Of a stretch of DNA of 64,000 bases, positions 1 through 8,889 are shown piece after piece; positions within the stretch are counted from its first letter, which is position 1, and every line of letters begins with the position of its first letter. The position numbers and the translations under genes were made by a program. Below the pieces are notes generated by a model. That model was given only the letters and a program-made list of their open reading frames with translations. It did not search any database and was not told the DNA's origin. This DNA comes from Pseudomonas phage pPa_SNUABM_DT01. The stretch lies in sequence record MW735835.1. One strand, given 5' to 3'.

Positions 1-755
1 CTCGCTTCCAAGGTGAAGACACTGCCTCCACCATTCAAAGTGATCTTCATCGCCTTGACATCGACGTTCTGATCGGCCTTGAGGAATATGTTCTGCGGAG
101 CGTACCCGTTGATGTTGCGCTTGTTCAGCTCGAAGAATGTGCCCAGTTGGTTCATCAACTTGATGTGCACGTCCTTGGAATTGATGAAGCCGTAGTTGCC
201 GAGGTTGTCCTGCGCGACGATCTTGCCATTGCCAGCGTCGATCTGAAGATCGTAGGTACAGTACTCGCCATTCATCTGGCTGGTGCTGATCGTGATGGTC
301 TTGGAGTGGCTGGACCATTCGATGAAGTACATGTGTTCCGGGTCATCACCGGCCTGTTCCACCGCAGGGTTGGCATTGATGCCGAAGACTACGGTTTCCA
401 GACGACGCAGGTTCTCATCGAGGTTCTGACAGCGCCAGTAGTACTTGTCGTTGCTACCGAATTGGTACAGGTCGATTCGTTCACCCCGACGTACGTTCGG
501 CGGGGTCTTGCGGTTACCTTCTGGCAACCAGATGGCTGGGACAGTCTGCCCGACAAAGCTCTGACCAGCGGTTTCTTTACCTTCCAGGTTCTGGCCTTGG
601 TACTCCAGGGTATCTACGCGATCGACGGTCTCGCCGTCTTGGAACCCCAGCTTCTCGTGGGAGTTGACCATGAGTTCGCGTGAACCCATCTTGAGGTTCT
701 CGGCAGCAGTGCCGATGGCAACCCGCCGGAACATACTGACACCGTTATCGAACAT
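1..755 (-). CDS. hypothetical protein, partial (N-terminal about 251 aa in window; C-terminus beyond window start)
   Basis: Reverse-strand ORF missing from the track because it has no in-window stop. ATG at 753-755 has a GAGG about 5 nt upstream. Translation MFDNGVSMFRRVAIGTAAENLKMGSRELMVNSHEK... is protein-like in composition. It explains why the forward ORF 147..683 is a shadow. Confidence 0.6.
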   Translation of the reverse strand, partial: MFDNGVSMFRRVAIGTAAENLKMGSRELMVNSHEKLGFQDGETVDRVDTLEYQGQNLEGKETAGQSFVGQTVPAIWLPEGNRKTPPNVRRGERIDLYQFGSNDKYYWRCQNLDENLRRLETVVFGINANPAVEQAGDDPEHMYFIEWSSHSKTITISTSQMNGEYCTYDLQIDAGNGKIVAQDNLGNYGFINSKDVHIKLMNQLGTFFELNKRNINGYAPQNIFLKADQNVDVKAMKITLNGGGSVFTLEA

Positions 756-820
756 AACAACCTCTTGTTTAACAAAACAGTACGGACCTATCCTACAGAA
801 TTAGGGGAAGGACTCTATCA

Positions 821-3289
821 ATGTTTATCTCTGAGTTAGTCTTGCACAGGTGCAGACGCTTTTATCTGAAGGGGATTGAGACGCTCAAGATAGACCCGTC
901 CTTGAAAACTCAGATCATCCTGGGTACCAACGGATCGGGCAAGTCGAGCTTGCTCAAGATCGGTTTCACTGTGCTCCCTGCTGATGCACGAGACTTCCTG
1001 AAAGGGGGGTATAAGTACATCAAGGTGCTGCACAATGGCCGAGTGTACGAACTCAAGAACAGCTTCGAAGGTAAATCGCCTACCCACAGTTTCATTGTGG
1101 ACGGTGAGGAACTGAACGAAGGCATGACCGGTGCGGTACAACGCGAACTGGTCCGTGAGCACTTTGGCATGACTCAGGAACTGCACCAGGTTCTGTCTGG
1201 TCAATTGAAGTTCACTGAGATGAACGCCATCCAGCGCCGTGAGTGGATCACCCTCTTGTCGTCTGCTGACTTCGAGTACGTGATCAAACTACATGGTCGT
1301 ATCAAGCGAGCCGTGCGCGATACCAACGCGGTCATCAAGCACCTGTCGGGTCGTCTGGTCAATGAATCGGCCAAGAAGGTCGATGAAGCCACTTTCAACA
1401 GCCTGCGTCGTCAGTCCCAAGAGGTCTACGATAAGCTGATGTCGTTGCACCAGCATTCCAAGCGTGAAGGGCTGCCGGATACGTTCGACTACTACAACCG
1501 TGAGTACCACAGCCTCTCTGCGGAGATCGAGTCCCTGCTGCACCATGCTTCTGCATTGAAGTCGGAAGTCCCGGTGATCGTCAAGGACACGGACAACGAT
1601 GCAGTCATCGCATTGAAGGACAGTCTGCGTACTCGGGTCCAGATGCTCGAAGCGGCCTTGCACGAAGTCTCCGATCGTCACCAAGAGATCGACAAGCAGT
1701 TGCACGACCTCAGCGAGCTGGAAGATGTAGACCCGGTCATGCTGGAAGAGCAGATCATGGCCTACACGGACCACTTGCTCGAACTCAAGGGAAAGTTCCG
1801 TACCAGCAGCGACAGCACCAAGTTGCCTAACCACGAGTACTGCTTCGCCACCATCCGTGAAACGATGGACCTGCTGCATGACGTGGTGATCGCAGACGCA
1901 TCTTACCTGGACCGCAATGTCCATGTGGAGAAGCAACGTGAGTTGTCCGAACTCCAGAACAACATGATGAAGGGTCAGTCCCGCATCGGTGAGCTAGAGT
2001 ACCGACTGGACCACATCCGCAACTGCGCCAGCGTGCAATGCCCGAACTGCAACCATTCTTTCAAGGAAGGGGTGTCGGGTAACGAGGAAAGTGAGATCCG
2101 GCAGTTGCTGGAGAAGGGCTATTCCTTCCGCCGCAATACGGAAGAGAAGATCGCATCGATCACGTCATGGATGCGTGAAGCTCACGCCATTGGCGAAGTG
2201 ATGTATACCCTCCAGAACCTACGGGATCATAACCCAGACCTGTCACAACTCTGGTACCTCATCACCACCAACGGTGGCTTTGAGGCAGGGCGTGCCCTGA
2301 TCCCGTTGTGCAACGACTTCATTGGTGACGTGAAGAACAACCTCGCCATCATTGAAGCCGAACGTGAACTCAAGCCGTTGTTAGAACGGCGTCAGCAATT
2401 GCAACAGGCTGATGGTTCCACGCACCTTCGGGAAGTGGCACACAGCCTGAGTGAACGGGTGGTCGATCTGAAGGGTCACCTCATCGATGCACGTGAGACC
2501 TTAAAGGAAGTCGAGGCGTTCCACGTCAAGATGACCGAATCGCGTCAGATCTCGCAAGCCGTTGAGATGGGCATGGCCCGACTGAACGAGCTGATGGACT
2601 CCATGGTCAAGTTCGTGGCCGTGGAAGAGATCGAAGCCCAGGTCAAGCGTCATCAGGTGCAGCTCGGTATGCTGGAGCAATCCCTGGCCGAAGCTGAAGT
2701 GCAGATGGGCATCGTCAATGACCTCAACCGTTCCTTGGAAGAGGCTCGGGATGAAGAGGAAGCCCTGATCGAATTGGAGAAGCTGCTGTCCCCGAAAGAC
2801 GGCATCATCGCTGAGCAGATCCTGGTCTTCATCAACACCTTCATTGGCGCCATCAACGATGTCATTGCGAAGGTGTGGGGTTACAACCTTGCACTGGACA
2901 CCTGCAACCTCGAAGAAGGTGAGCTGGATTACAAGTTCCCGATGTACATCCACAACACCGACAACATGATCGATGACATTCGCTTCGGTTCCGACAGTCA
3001 GATAGACATCGTTAACCAAGCGTTCGTCCTGGTCGTGTACCAGTTCCTGGAGCTACAGGGGTATCCTCTGTACCTCGACGAGCTGGGTCGTACCTTTGAC
3101 GAAGTGCATCGACTCAACCTGACGCTCGCGCTGAAGGACCTGATGGACGATGAGACCTACTCGCAGGTGTTCTTCATCAGTCACTCGTTCGAAAGCCAGA
3201 ACAGCTACCCCAATAGCCAGCTGGTGGTGATTGATGACTCGCATGTGTCCCTCAAACGGACATACAACGAGCATGTGGAGATCCTGTAA
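821..3289 (+). CDS. Rad50/SbcC-like ABC ATPase (T4 gp46-like recombination ATPase), 822 aa
   Basis: N-terminal P-loop ILGTNGSGKSSLL; long central heptad-rich (coiled-coil-like) region; C-terminal Walker B/D-loop LYLDELGRTFDEV with H-loop-like FFISHS; possible degenerate signature GSDSQ. SD GGGGAAGGA upstream of ATG 821. Confidence 0.6.
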   Translation: MFISELVLHRCRRFYLKGIETLKIDPSLKTQIILGTNGSGKSSLLKIGFTVLPADARDFLKGGYKYIKVLHNGRVYELKNSFEGKSPTHSFIVDGEELNEGMTGAVQRELVREHFGMTQELHQVLSGQLKFTEMNAIQRREWITLLSSADFEYVIKLHGRIKRAVRDTNAVIKHLSGRLVNESAKKVDEATFNSLRRQSQEVYDKLMSLHQHSKREGLPDTFDYYNREYHSLSAEIESLLHHASALKSEVPVIVKDTDNDAVIALKDSLRTRVQMLEAALHEVSDRHQEIDKQLHDLSELEDVDPVMLEEQIMAYTDHLLELKGKFRTSSDSTKLPNHEYCFATIRETMDLLHDVVIADASYLDRNVHVEKQRELSELQNNMMKGQSRIGELEYRLDHIRNCASVQCPNCNHSFKEGVSGNEESEIRQLLEKGYSFRRNTEEKIASITSWMREAHAIGEVMYTLQNLRDHNPDLSQLWYLITTNGGFEAGRALIPLCNDFIGDVKNNLAIIEAERELKPLLERRQQLQQADGSTHLREVAHSLSERVVDLKGHLIDARETLKEVEAFHVKMTESRQISQAVEMGMARLNELMDSMVKFVAVEEIEAQVKRHQVQLGMLEQSLAEAEVQMGIVNDLNRSLEEARDEEEALIELEKLLSPKDGIIAEQILVFINTFIGAINDVIAKVWGYNLALDTCNLEEGELDYKFPMYIHNTDNMIDDIRFGSDSQIDIVNQAFVLVVYQFLELQGYPLYLDELGRTFDEVHRLNLTLALKDLMDDETYSQVFFISHSFESQNSYPNSQLVVIDDSHVSLKRTYNEHVEIL

Positions 3290-3636
3290 TGAAAGCGCAG
3301 ATCGACAAACGCACGCTGAAGTTCTACATCGGCGCGGCAACCACTGGAGAAGGGCCGGGTAAGTGGACCTGGCCTGGACGTGACTTACCGTTCCTGTACC
3401 AGCGGGAGTGGAACATCAATTCCAGTTGCTCCATTGAGCCCGACCTCGACACCTGGAAGAAATACGGGTGTGTGGTAGCGTTCATCTATGGACAAGGCCT
3501 GCGCTTGATGAAGTTCGATGAGTTCTTCACTCACTTCGGTGAGGCTGAGGCAACGGAGATGCTTTCGAAGTCGCGTGGGACGTACCTCAAGGAGTCTAAG
3601 GACGAAATCCTCGACACCCTGGGCTGTCCTCGATGA
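3289..3636 (+). CDS. hypothetical protein, 115 aa, translationally coupled to the upstream ATPase
   Basis: TAATG stop/start overlap at 3287-3291. Protein-like composition. Followed by the hairpin at 3643-3674. Confidence 0.5.
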   Translation: MKAQIDKRTLKFYIGAATTGEGPGKWTWPGRDLPFLYQREWNINSSCSIEPDLDTWKKYGCVVAFIYGQGLRLMKFDEFFTHFGEAEATEMLSKSRGTYLKESKDEILDTLGCPR

Positions 3637-3642
3637 AGCAAA

Positions 3643-3674
3643 CATACGGGAGGGGCACTAGCCCCTCCCGTATG
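3643..3674. terminator. bidirectional hairpin between convergent genes
   Basis: Perfect 13-bp stem CATACGGGAGGGG / CCCCTCCCGTATG with loop cactag, sited between stop 3636 (+) and stop 3680 (-). Confidence 0.55.
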
Positions 3675-3679
3675 CTGCG

Positions 3680-5032
3680 TTACTCCAGTTCAGGCTCGCC
3701 AGTACCGCCACCCAGGGACTCGTCGTTATACGAGTACTTGGAAGCAACGATCAACTGGAAACGATCCAGGGTGTAGGAGACGTACAGCACGCCGTCTCGG
3801 ACCAAACGAGTGAACTTCACCGGTACGGCCGAGTCAGGGGTCATCTCTTCAGCTACAGTCAGCATTTCTGCCAGTGCGAGCACGAAGCGACGGGTCTCCG
3901 GATTCATCCGCATGAAATCGAGCGAGGTCGAGTCCACGTTGATGTAATCGTAGTACCGCTGAACGAACGAGGTGATACCATCACGGTTGTGCGGACCACC
4001 TGCTACGGTGACGGTGATGGCCTTGTGGCTGGCACCGAACACTTCAGCGTTGCTGTCGAGGTATTCCTCGGTGTAACCCTCACCCTTGACCAGGCGCTTG
4101 AGCTGCGCCTTACCGGCGTTCATGTTGGTCACGGAGCTGTACAGGCCTGCTTCCAGTTCCCGGTTGGGAATGGAGTAGTTGCCCCACAGTGGAACGAACA
4201 CGAACTCGGTGGAGGTGAAGATCTCCGGGAAGATCTCAGCCCACTCTTCCTTGGTGTGAGTCGAGTTGTCCAGGATGTAATCCCGGATGGCCTCTTTGAT
4301 CGCATCGACGTTGTTACCGGCGATGCCGTAGATCATCGGAGTCCAGTAGGTTGCGATGCGGCGGGTCTTATCCGTCGGGTCGGTCGGGTCGAACCACTCG
4401 TACATCGGACCGCTGATGTAGGTCTCAGGATAGACTTCCTGAATTTCCTGCACCCGGGCCATCTTCAGCTCATGGGTGAAATCGGCCAGGGCCGTGATCA
4501 CCGCAGTCCGCCCCAGGAAGAACACGTCCAGCTCTTGTACCGGCGGTACCACTTCGATGTGGTACTCGTCGTACTGCTGTTCGAAGGTTTCCGAGGCGAA
4601 CCACAGCTTGTACTGGAGGGTGTCATTGGCGATCGCATGGATCTCGATGACACCCGGCAGCCAGAGGTTCTGACCACCTTGCACCATTTGCCCGACACTG
4701 TGGATCGAGTACTTGGTGCCCCATTGTTGGATGAACGCAGTGCGGAAAGATTCAGCACTGGCAGTGAACTGGCCTGCCAAGGCCCGCTCATACGCCCACT
4801 TGCTCACCAGCAGCAGTTCGCCAGCCAGCACAGGGTTGGTCTGCTCGGCAACACCTTCGCGTTTGCTCGAGAATACGACCAGGGTATGGCCCGGCGCAGA
4901 GGCCGAGTTCAACTTCTCTTTGTTGCGACCATATGTCCATGCCCGATCGGAGAGTTCCCCAATCGGGGAGACTACATCGACCGTGTTGTCGATCAACGCG
5001 GCGATCTGGCAAAAAGCCTTCAGTTTATACAT
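3680..5032 (-). CDS. hypothetical protein, about 450 aa
   Basis: The track start at 5056 is GTG with no SD. The in-frame ATG at 5030-5032 (MYKLKAF...) is preceded by GGAGAG 4 nt upstream. No metallophosphatase (Mre11-type) motifs seen. Confidence 0.55.
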   Translation of the reverse strand: MYKLKAFCQIAALIDNTVDVVSPIGELSDRAWTYGRNKEKLNSASAPGHTLVVFSSKREGVAEQTNPVLAGELLLVSKWAYERALAGQFTASAESFRTAFIQQWGTKYSIHSVGQMVQGGQNLWLPGVIEIHAIANDTLQYKLWFASETFEQQYDEYHIEVVPPVQELDVFFLGRTAVITALADFTHELKMARVQEIQEVYPETYISGPMYEWFDPTDPTDKTRRIATYWTPMIYGIAGNNVDAIKEAIRDYILDNSTHTKEEWAEIFPEIFTSTEFVFVPLWGNYSIPNRELEAGLYSSVTNMNAGKAQLKRLVKGEGYTEEYLDSNAEVFGASHKAITVTVAGGPHNRDGITSFVQRYYDYINVDSTSLDFMRMNPETRRFVLALAEMLTVAEEMTPDSAVPVKFTRLVRDGVLYVSYTLDRFQLIVASKYSYNDESLGGGTGEPELE

Positions 5033-5115
5033 TTCACTCTCCGTTCGGATTGCCACTTACTTTATGACAATCGTTAAAGAAAACTCGGAACGTCCATACC
5101 ATTTTAGGGATTAAG

Positions 5116-5571
5116 ATGCAACTTCTGGCATTGTTTAAGGTCATCAAGGCGGCCCTCCTCTTCGTGAGAGAGATTTGGCTCCGCGATCGTACCTTCAGAC
5201 AGTTTGTCCGTGAGAATCTCTCCCTGATCGTGACTTCGTTTGGTTTTGTCATCATGACGATGTTCTTCCTCCATGTGGTAGGCATCGTGAAAGATCAGGA
5301 AGCGCAGCTCGTCGAAAACGAGCACTCCATGGCAGCGCTGAAGAAACAGATCGAGAGCGAAATCCCGTTCCTCAAAGAAAAGTTGGAATGGTACCGCGAT
5401 AGATATTACGAACTGAAAGCCCCCAAGCAACCTGCTAAGGGCAACTCACCAACGGCGCATAAGGAACCCACGCCACCTCCAACCCCGCGACCCAAGCCGG
5501 TAGAGAAGCCGACCATCAATCGCCCGCCATCCAACGACATCCAAGAGCGTTGGAAACGGTTAAGTCAATAG
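5116..5571 (+). CDS. membrane protein with coiled-coil and Pro-rich C-terminal tail (i-spanin-like?)
   Basis: N-terminal hydrophobic segments LLALFKVIKAALLFV and LIVTSFGFVIMTMFFLHVVGIV; central heptad region EAQLVENEHSMAALKKQIESEIPFLKEKLEWYRDRYYEL; tail PTPPPTPRPKPVEKP. SD AGGGA. Confidence 0.5.
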   Translation: MQLLALFKVIKAALLFVREIWLRDRTFRQFVRENLSLIVTSFGFVIMTMFFLHVVGIVKDQEAQLVENEHSMAALKKQIESEIPFLKEKLEWYRDRYYELKAPKQPAKGNSPTAHKEPTPPPTPRPKPVEKPTINRPPSNDIQERWKRLSQ

Positions 5572-5580
5572 GTCCCAACC

Positions 5581-5943
5581 ATGATCGCCAGATTCTTCGA
5601 TGGAAGCAAGGTGTTTTACCTGTTTTGGATTGTGGTATCGCTGGGTTCTTGCACCTACATCCAGACCAACGACAATCGTGTCTTCACCCTGAGCTTGCAG
5701 CCGGATCAGACAGAGTCTGGCTGTGGCGAGTTCAAGCGCAGCATTCACCTGGACCATAAACGGCCCATCTTCCCCAAGGTCGATATAGCGTCCCTGTCCC
5801 CTGACGAAATCAACGACCTATTGATGTCACACACCGAGAAGCTCATCCGCTACCTGGATAATGAGGAGCGATTCCTCCTGGAAGATATCATCCGGCACAA
5901 CCAGAAATGTGCCCCGGACGAGCCCGTAGTTTTTCAGAAATAA
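5581..5943 (+). CDS. putative lipoprotein, 120 aa (o-spanin-like or surface lipoprotein)
   Basis: N-terminus MIARFFDGSKVFYLFWIVVSLGSC has a basic n-region, a hydrophobic core and a lipobox-like L-G-S-C. It starts 10 nt after the upstream membrane protein gene. Three further Cys in the mature part. Confidence 0.45.
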   Translation: MIARFFDGSKVFYLFWIVVSLGSCTYIQTNDNRVFTLSLQPDQTESGCGEFKRSIHLDHKRPIFPKVDIASLSPDEINDLLMSHTEKLIRYLDNEERFLLEDIIRHNQKCAPDEPVVFQK

Positions 5944-6000
5944 TCCGGTGTATCTCATGAGCATTTGCCAAGTGCTAAACAATCAAACAAGGGCGCAGTA

Positions 6001-7503
6001 ATGACCGAGGTCAACAAGGACAATCCGACTGGAGTCGCGTACCACGGGGTATTGTACGCGGACGGTGGATTTTACAGCAGCGAACGCGCTGGGGGGTGGG
6101 GTTTACACGGTTACGTGTACTCAGCGGAGAGTTTGCCGGATAAGGCTAAAGGAAGCGGGGTGCCGGGTTCGACACCAACAGCCAAGGGTTACAGTGATAC
6201 CAAGGATGAAACCAAAGCCGTCAACGTCCTCAACTATATCGACAGTTTCGGTGGGGTGCCTAAGGCATCGAGCAACAACCACACCGAACTGCTAGCCGCG
6301 AAGGAGGCACTCACATACGTCCTTGAGAAGGGCTTGCATCAAACGACTATCTACTCGGATTCCGAGTATGTGGTCAAAGGTGTCAATCAGTATCTCGATC
6401 GCTGGAAGCAAACCGGCTGGCGAAACCGCAATGGCGACGAAGTGTCCAACAAGTCGGACTGGCTCGCTGTGGATTCGTTGCTGACGCAACTGCGCGACAA
6501 CCAGAACCAGGTGACTCTGGCCTGGATCAAAGGCCATAACGGCCACACAGGTAATGAGAAAGCGGATTCGTGGGCAGGTAAGGGTAACTGCATCGGCCTG
6601 AACGGATACGATCTCAGCTTCAAGCTCGAACAACCTCCTGAGGGGTACTGGAAGAGCGTGAGCAACTACAACCGAATGCTGGATCAGCCCAAGTGGTACT
6701 TTAGCTCTGATGCGAAGGAGTGCCGACTCTCTAAGGACGGTCGCCACGTTTACTGGACTGGGCAGCACGGGGACGACGAAGACGTCGCCAAACCTCAATC
6801 TGACTCGAGCAACGCGGTACTGTACCTCAAGGAACAGCTCCCGGTGTTGGAGAAGGTGCGAGAGCACTTTGTTGAGAAAGACCATCACCAAGTAGGACAC
6901 CTATTCGTTGGCGCCTTGCGTAACCTCCTGAATGCAAACGTGGCAGAAGACATCCATCGCTTCGGCCTCAAAGTGTTCAAGGGGAATAAAGCCAACTGGA
7001 GCCTTCAGACCGAGAAGAAAGTACCGGTCGTTCATCATGTCACCCCGACGGGGCTGTCCTTCTACAACGTGGACAACCTCACCAACATGACGGTCATCCT
7101 TGACCAGTTCATGGAAGGGGACAAGTCGGTACTTGTGACCGATTTGACTGACCTACTATATGAAGCCGTGGAAAAGAAAGCTGTGACCACGCGGAAACTA
7201 CGTAAGGAGATCGCCAATACGGTGAAGCACCTGGACGTGTCCGTGGGGTACAACACAGCCTTTGCCCGCGAGCTGAGGGCGATGGAAGACGTCCCGAGAA
7301 AGGTAGCGAAAGTTCGCCTGATCGTGGGGTCTGACATCATTGGTCGAAATGCCCTTGCGGCACTCGCTGAAACCGTAAAGCGAGTGGTGGTCCTTACCTG
7401 GCGTGAATCGGACACGGTCATTCGTTACGCAACGGTGATCGAGACGGAGCACGACATCGGTATTTGGGCTAACCCGTTCGGGAATTTCAAACTGGTGAAC
7501 TAA
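6001..7503 (+). CDS. RNase HI-domain protein with about 300-aa C-terminal extension
   Basis: The track start at 5965 is TTG; ATG 6001 is the probable start. N-terminal 200 aa align to E. coli RNase HI: VLYADGGF, TELLAAKEALTYV (ELMAAIVALEAL), TIYSDSEYVVKGV (STDSQYVRQGI), WIKGHNGHTGNEKADSWA (WVKGHAGHPENERCDELA). Confidence 0.7.
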   Translation: MTEVNKDNPTGVAYHGVLYADGGFYSSERAGGWGLHGYVYSAESLPDKAKGSGVPGSTPTAKGYSDTKDETKAVNVLNYIDSFGGVPKASSNNHTELLAAKEALTYVLEKGLHQTTIYSDSEYVVKGVNQYLDRWKQTGWRNRNGDEVSNKSDWLAVDSLLTQLRDNQNQVTLAWIKGHNGHTGNEKADSWAGKGNCIGLNGYDLSFKLEQPPEGYWKSVSNYNRMLDQPKWYFSSDAKECRLSKDGRHVYWTGQHGDDEDVAKPQSDSSNAVLYLKEQLPVLEKVREHFVEKDHHQVGHLFVGALRNLLNANVAEDIHRFGLKVFKGNKANWSLQTEKKVPVVHHVTPTGLSFYNVDNLTNMTVILDQFMEGDKSVLVTDLTDLLYEAVEKKAVTTRKLRKEIANTVKHLDVSVGYNTAFARELRAMEDVPRKVAKVRLIVGSDIIGRNALAALAETVKRVVVLTWRESDTVIRYATVIETEHDIGIWANPFGNFKLVN

Positions 7504-7513
7504 GGGTTCGGCT

Positions 7514-7894
7514 ATGTACCGATCAGTTGCGATGAACCAATCTCACGGATTTTGGACATCGGCCAAACGGACACTGTTCGTGGTCAGTCTGTATTTCCGT
7601 CTGATTCGGAACTACGATCCTGACGAGTCCCTGCTCGCTGAGTTCAACAGGCTCTTCTACTTGGTCAATGACCCAAGGTCCTTGTCCTTCCCGGCCATGA
7701 CGGCTCGGGTGTTGTGGAAAGGGAACATGGTCGATCAGGTGGTGGAGTGCTGTGAGCAAGGAGATTTCAAGCAGGCTGTTGAACTGGTCTACGGCACCGT
7801 GCCCAAGTGGCTTCGGTACCTGGACAGGGAAACGATGCTTCGTGACGTCGAGCGTGTATTACGGCAATCGCAGCACCGTGAACAAATCGCATGA
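7514..7894 (+). CDS. hypothetical protein, 126 aa
   Basis: ATG with AAGGG upstream; followed by the terminator hairpin. Confidence 0.5.
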   Translation: MYRSVAMNQSHGFWTSAKRTLFVVSLYFRLIRNYDPDESLLAEFNRLFYLVNDPRSLSFPAMTARVLWKGNMVDQVVECCEQGDFKQAVELVYGTVPKWLRYLDRETMLRDVERVLRQSQHREQIA

Positions 7895-7903
7895 TGCGGC
7901 ATA

Positions 7904-7938
7904 GATGGGAGGGACTCGTGCCCTCCCATCGACTTTTA
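7904..7938 (+). terminator. intrinsic terminator
   Basis: Stem GATGGGAGGG / CCCTCCCATC (10 bp, loop actcgtg) followed by gacTTTTat; lies between convergent genes. Confidence 0.6.
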
Positions 7939-7948
7939 TGCGCGTTGC

Positions 7949-8803
7949 TTATTTTCGCATCTCTTTCATGCTGTCTTTCATGGCTTCAGAGAACTGACGC
8001 ACACGGAACAGCAGGGTGCCGTAGGATTCCATTTCCTTGGCCATCAGCAGGGTCAGGTCGACCAGCTGTTGGATGCCGATGTCCACGGCTTCCTGGTTGG
8101 ACAGGCTCTTGTCGGCGATGGCAGCTTGTACAGCGGCCATTACGCCGCCAGCCAAGGTCATGGCACGATCAACGGCGTCCACTGCCTTCTTGGCCGGATG
8201 GGCCTTATCGAGGGCGATGGTGTCGTTGAGGTTGTTGTAGGTGGTGCGGATGTCAGTTTGACGTTCTACCACCGAACCCAACATGCGCGTGATGTGGTTG
8301 CTCTTGCCGTCGAAGTAGGTCTGGCCGATGTTCACCATGCTGGTGGTCAGGCCCAGGCCCATCGGGCCGTTGTGACCGATGCCGGAGGCGGAAGTGAGCA
8401 GCGTGGGGTCGTAGGTAATGCGGCCCAGGGTCTCACAGAAGCTACGCAGCATGTATTCCAGTTTGGTAGCGTCGCTCATGGCTTGCTTCAGAGCAGCCGA
8501 GTACGGTACCCATTGACCCACGAAGCCCTCAGGAACGATGACGGGCTTGTTGGACGCATCCACGAAACCTACTTTGGCCACGAAGCCTTCGAGGTCGCGC
8601 GGGGTCAGGCCGGTGATGGCCAGAGCAGTGAACTTCATCTGGTTGAAGAAGCCACTGGCGGCGCGGAAGAACTGTGCCCCACGGTCGCGCATCTTCATGG
8701 GGTTGACGTTCGGCATGCCGTGTTCCATGGAGATGGTGCGCGCCATGCGCTCCAGCGATTCCAGGGAGACGCTGTCGAAATCGTCGACGATGTTCTGGTT
8801 CAT
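7949..8803 (-). CDS. hypothetical protein, 284 aa
   Basis: ATG at 8801-8803 with GGAG upstream on the minus strand; protein-like composition. Confidence 0.6.
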   Translation of the reverse strand: MNQNIVDDFDSVSLESLERMARTISMEHGMPNVNPMKMRDRGAQFFRAASGFFNQMKFTALAITGLTPRDLEGFVAKVGFVDASNKPVIVPEGFVGQWVPYSAALKQAMSDATKLEYMLRSFCETLGRITYDPTLLTSASGIGHNGPMGLGLTTSMVNIGQTYFDGKSNHITRMLGSVVERQTDIRTTYNNLNDTIALDKAHPAKKAVDAVDRAMTLAGGVMAAVQAAIADKSLSNQEAVDIGIQQLVDLTLLMAKEMESYGTLLFRVRQFSEAMKDSMKEMRK

Positions 8804-8889
8804 TCAGGATGACTCCGTGTTAAAAGAAAGTAGTTTTTCATATCGTTTGCGCACCAACCGTACACCTTCTCAAATGGAAAAGAGTCAAC

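Noticed and set aside
147-683. Forward ORF of 178 aa in the ORF track
   Set aside because: It lies antisense to a well-supported minus-strand gene with an SD and ATG at 755. Its Val/Arg/His/Asp/Gly-rich composition is typical of antisense shadows in high-GC coding DNA.
5957-6000. 14-codon uORF before the RNase H gene as a separate gene
   Set aside because: No SD and too short to support as a protein-coding gene. Mentioned only as a possible coupling device.
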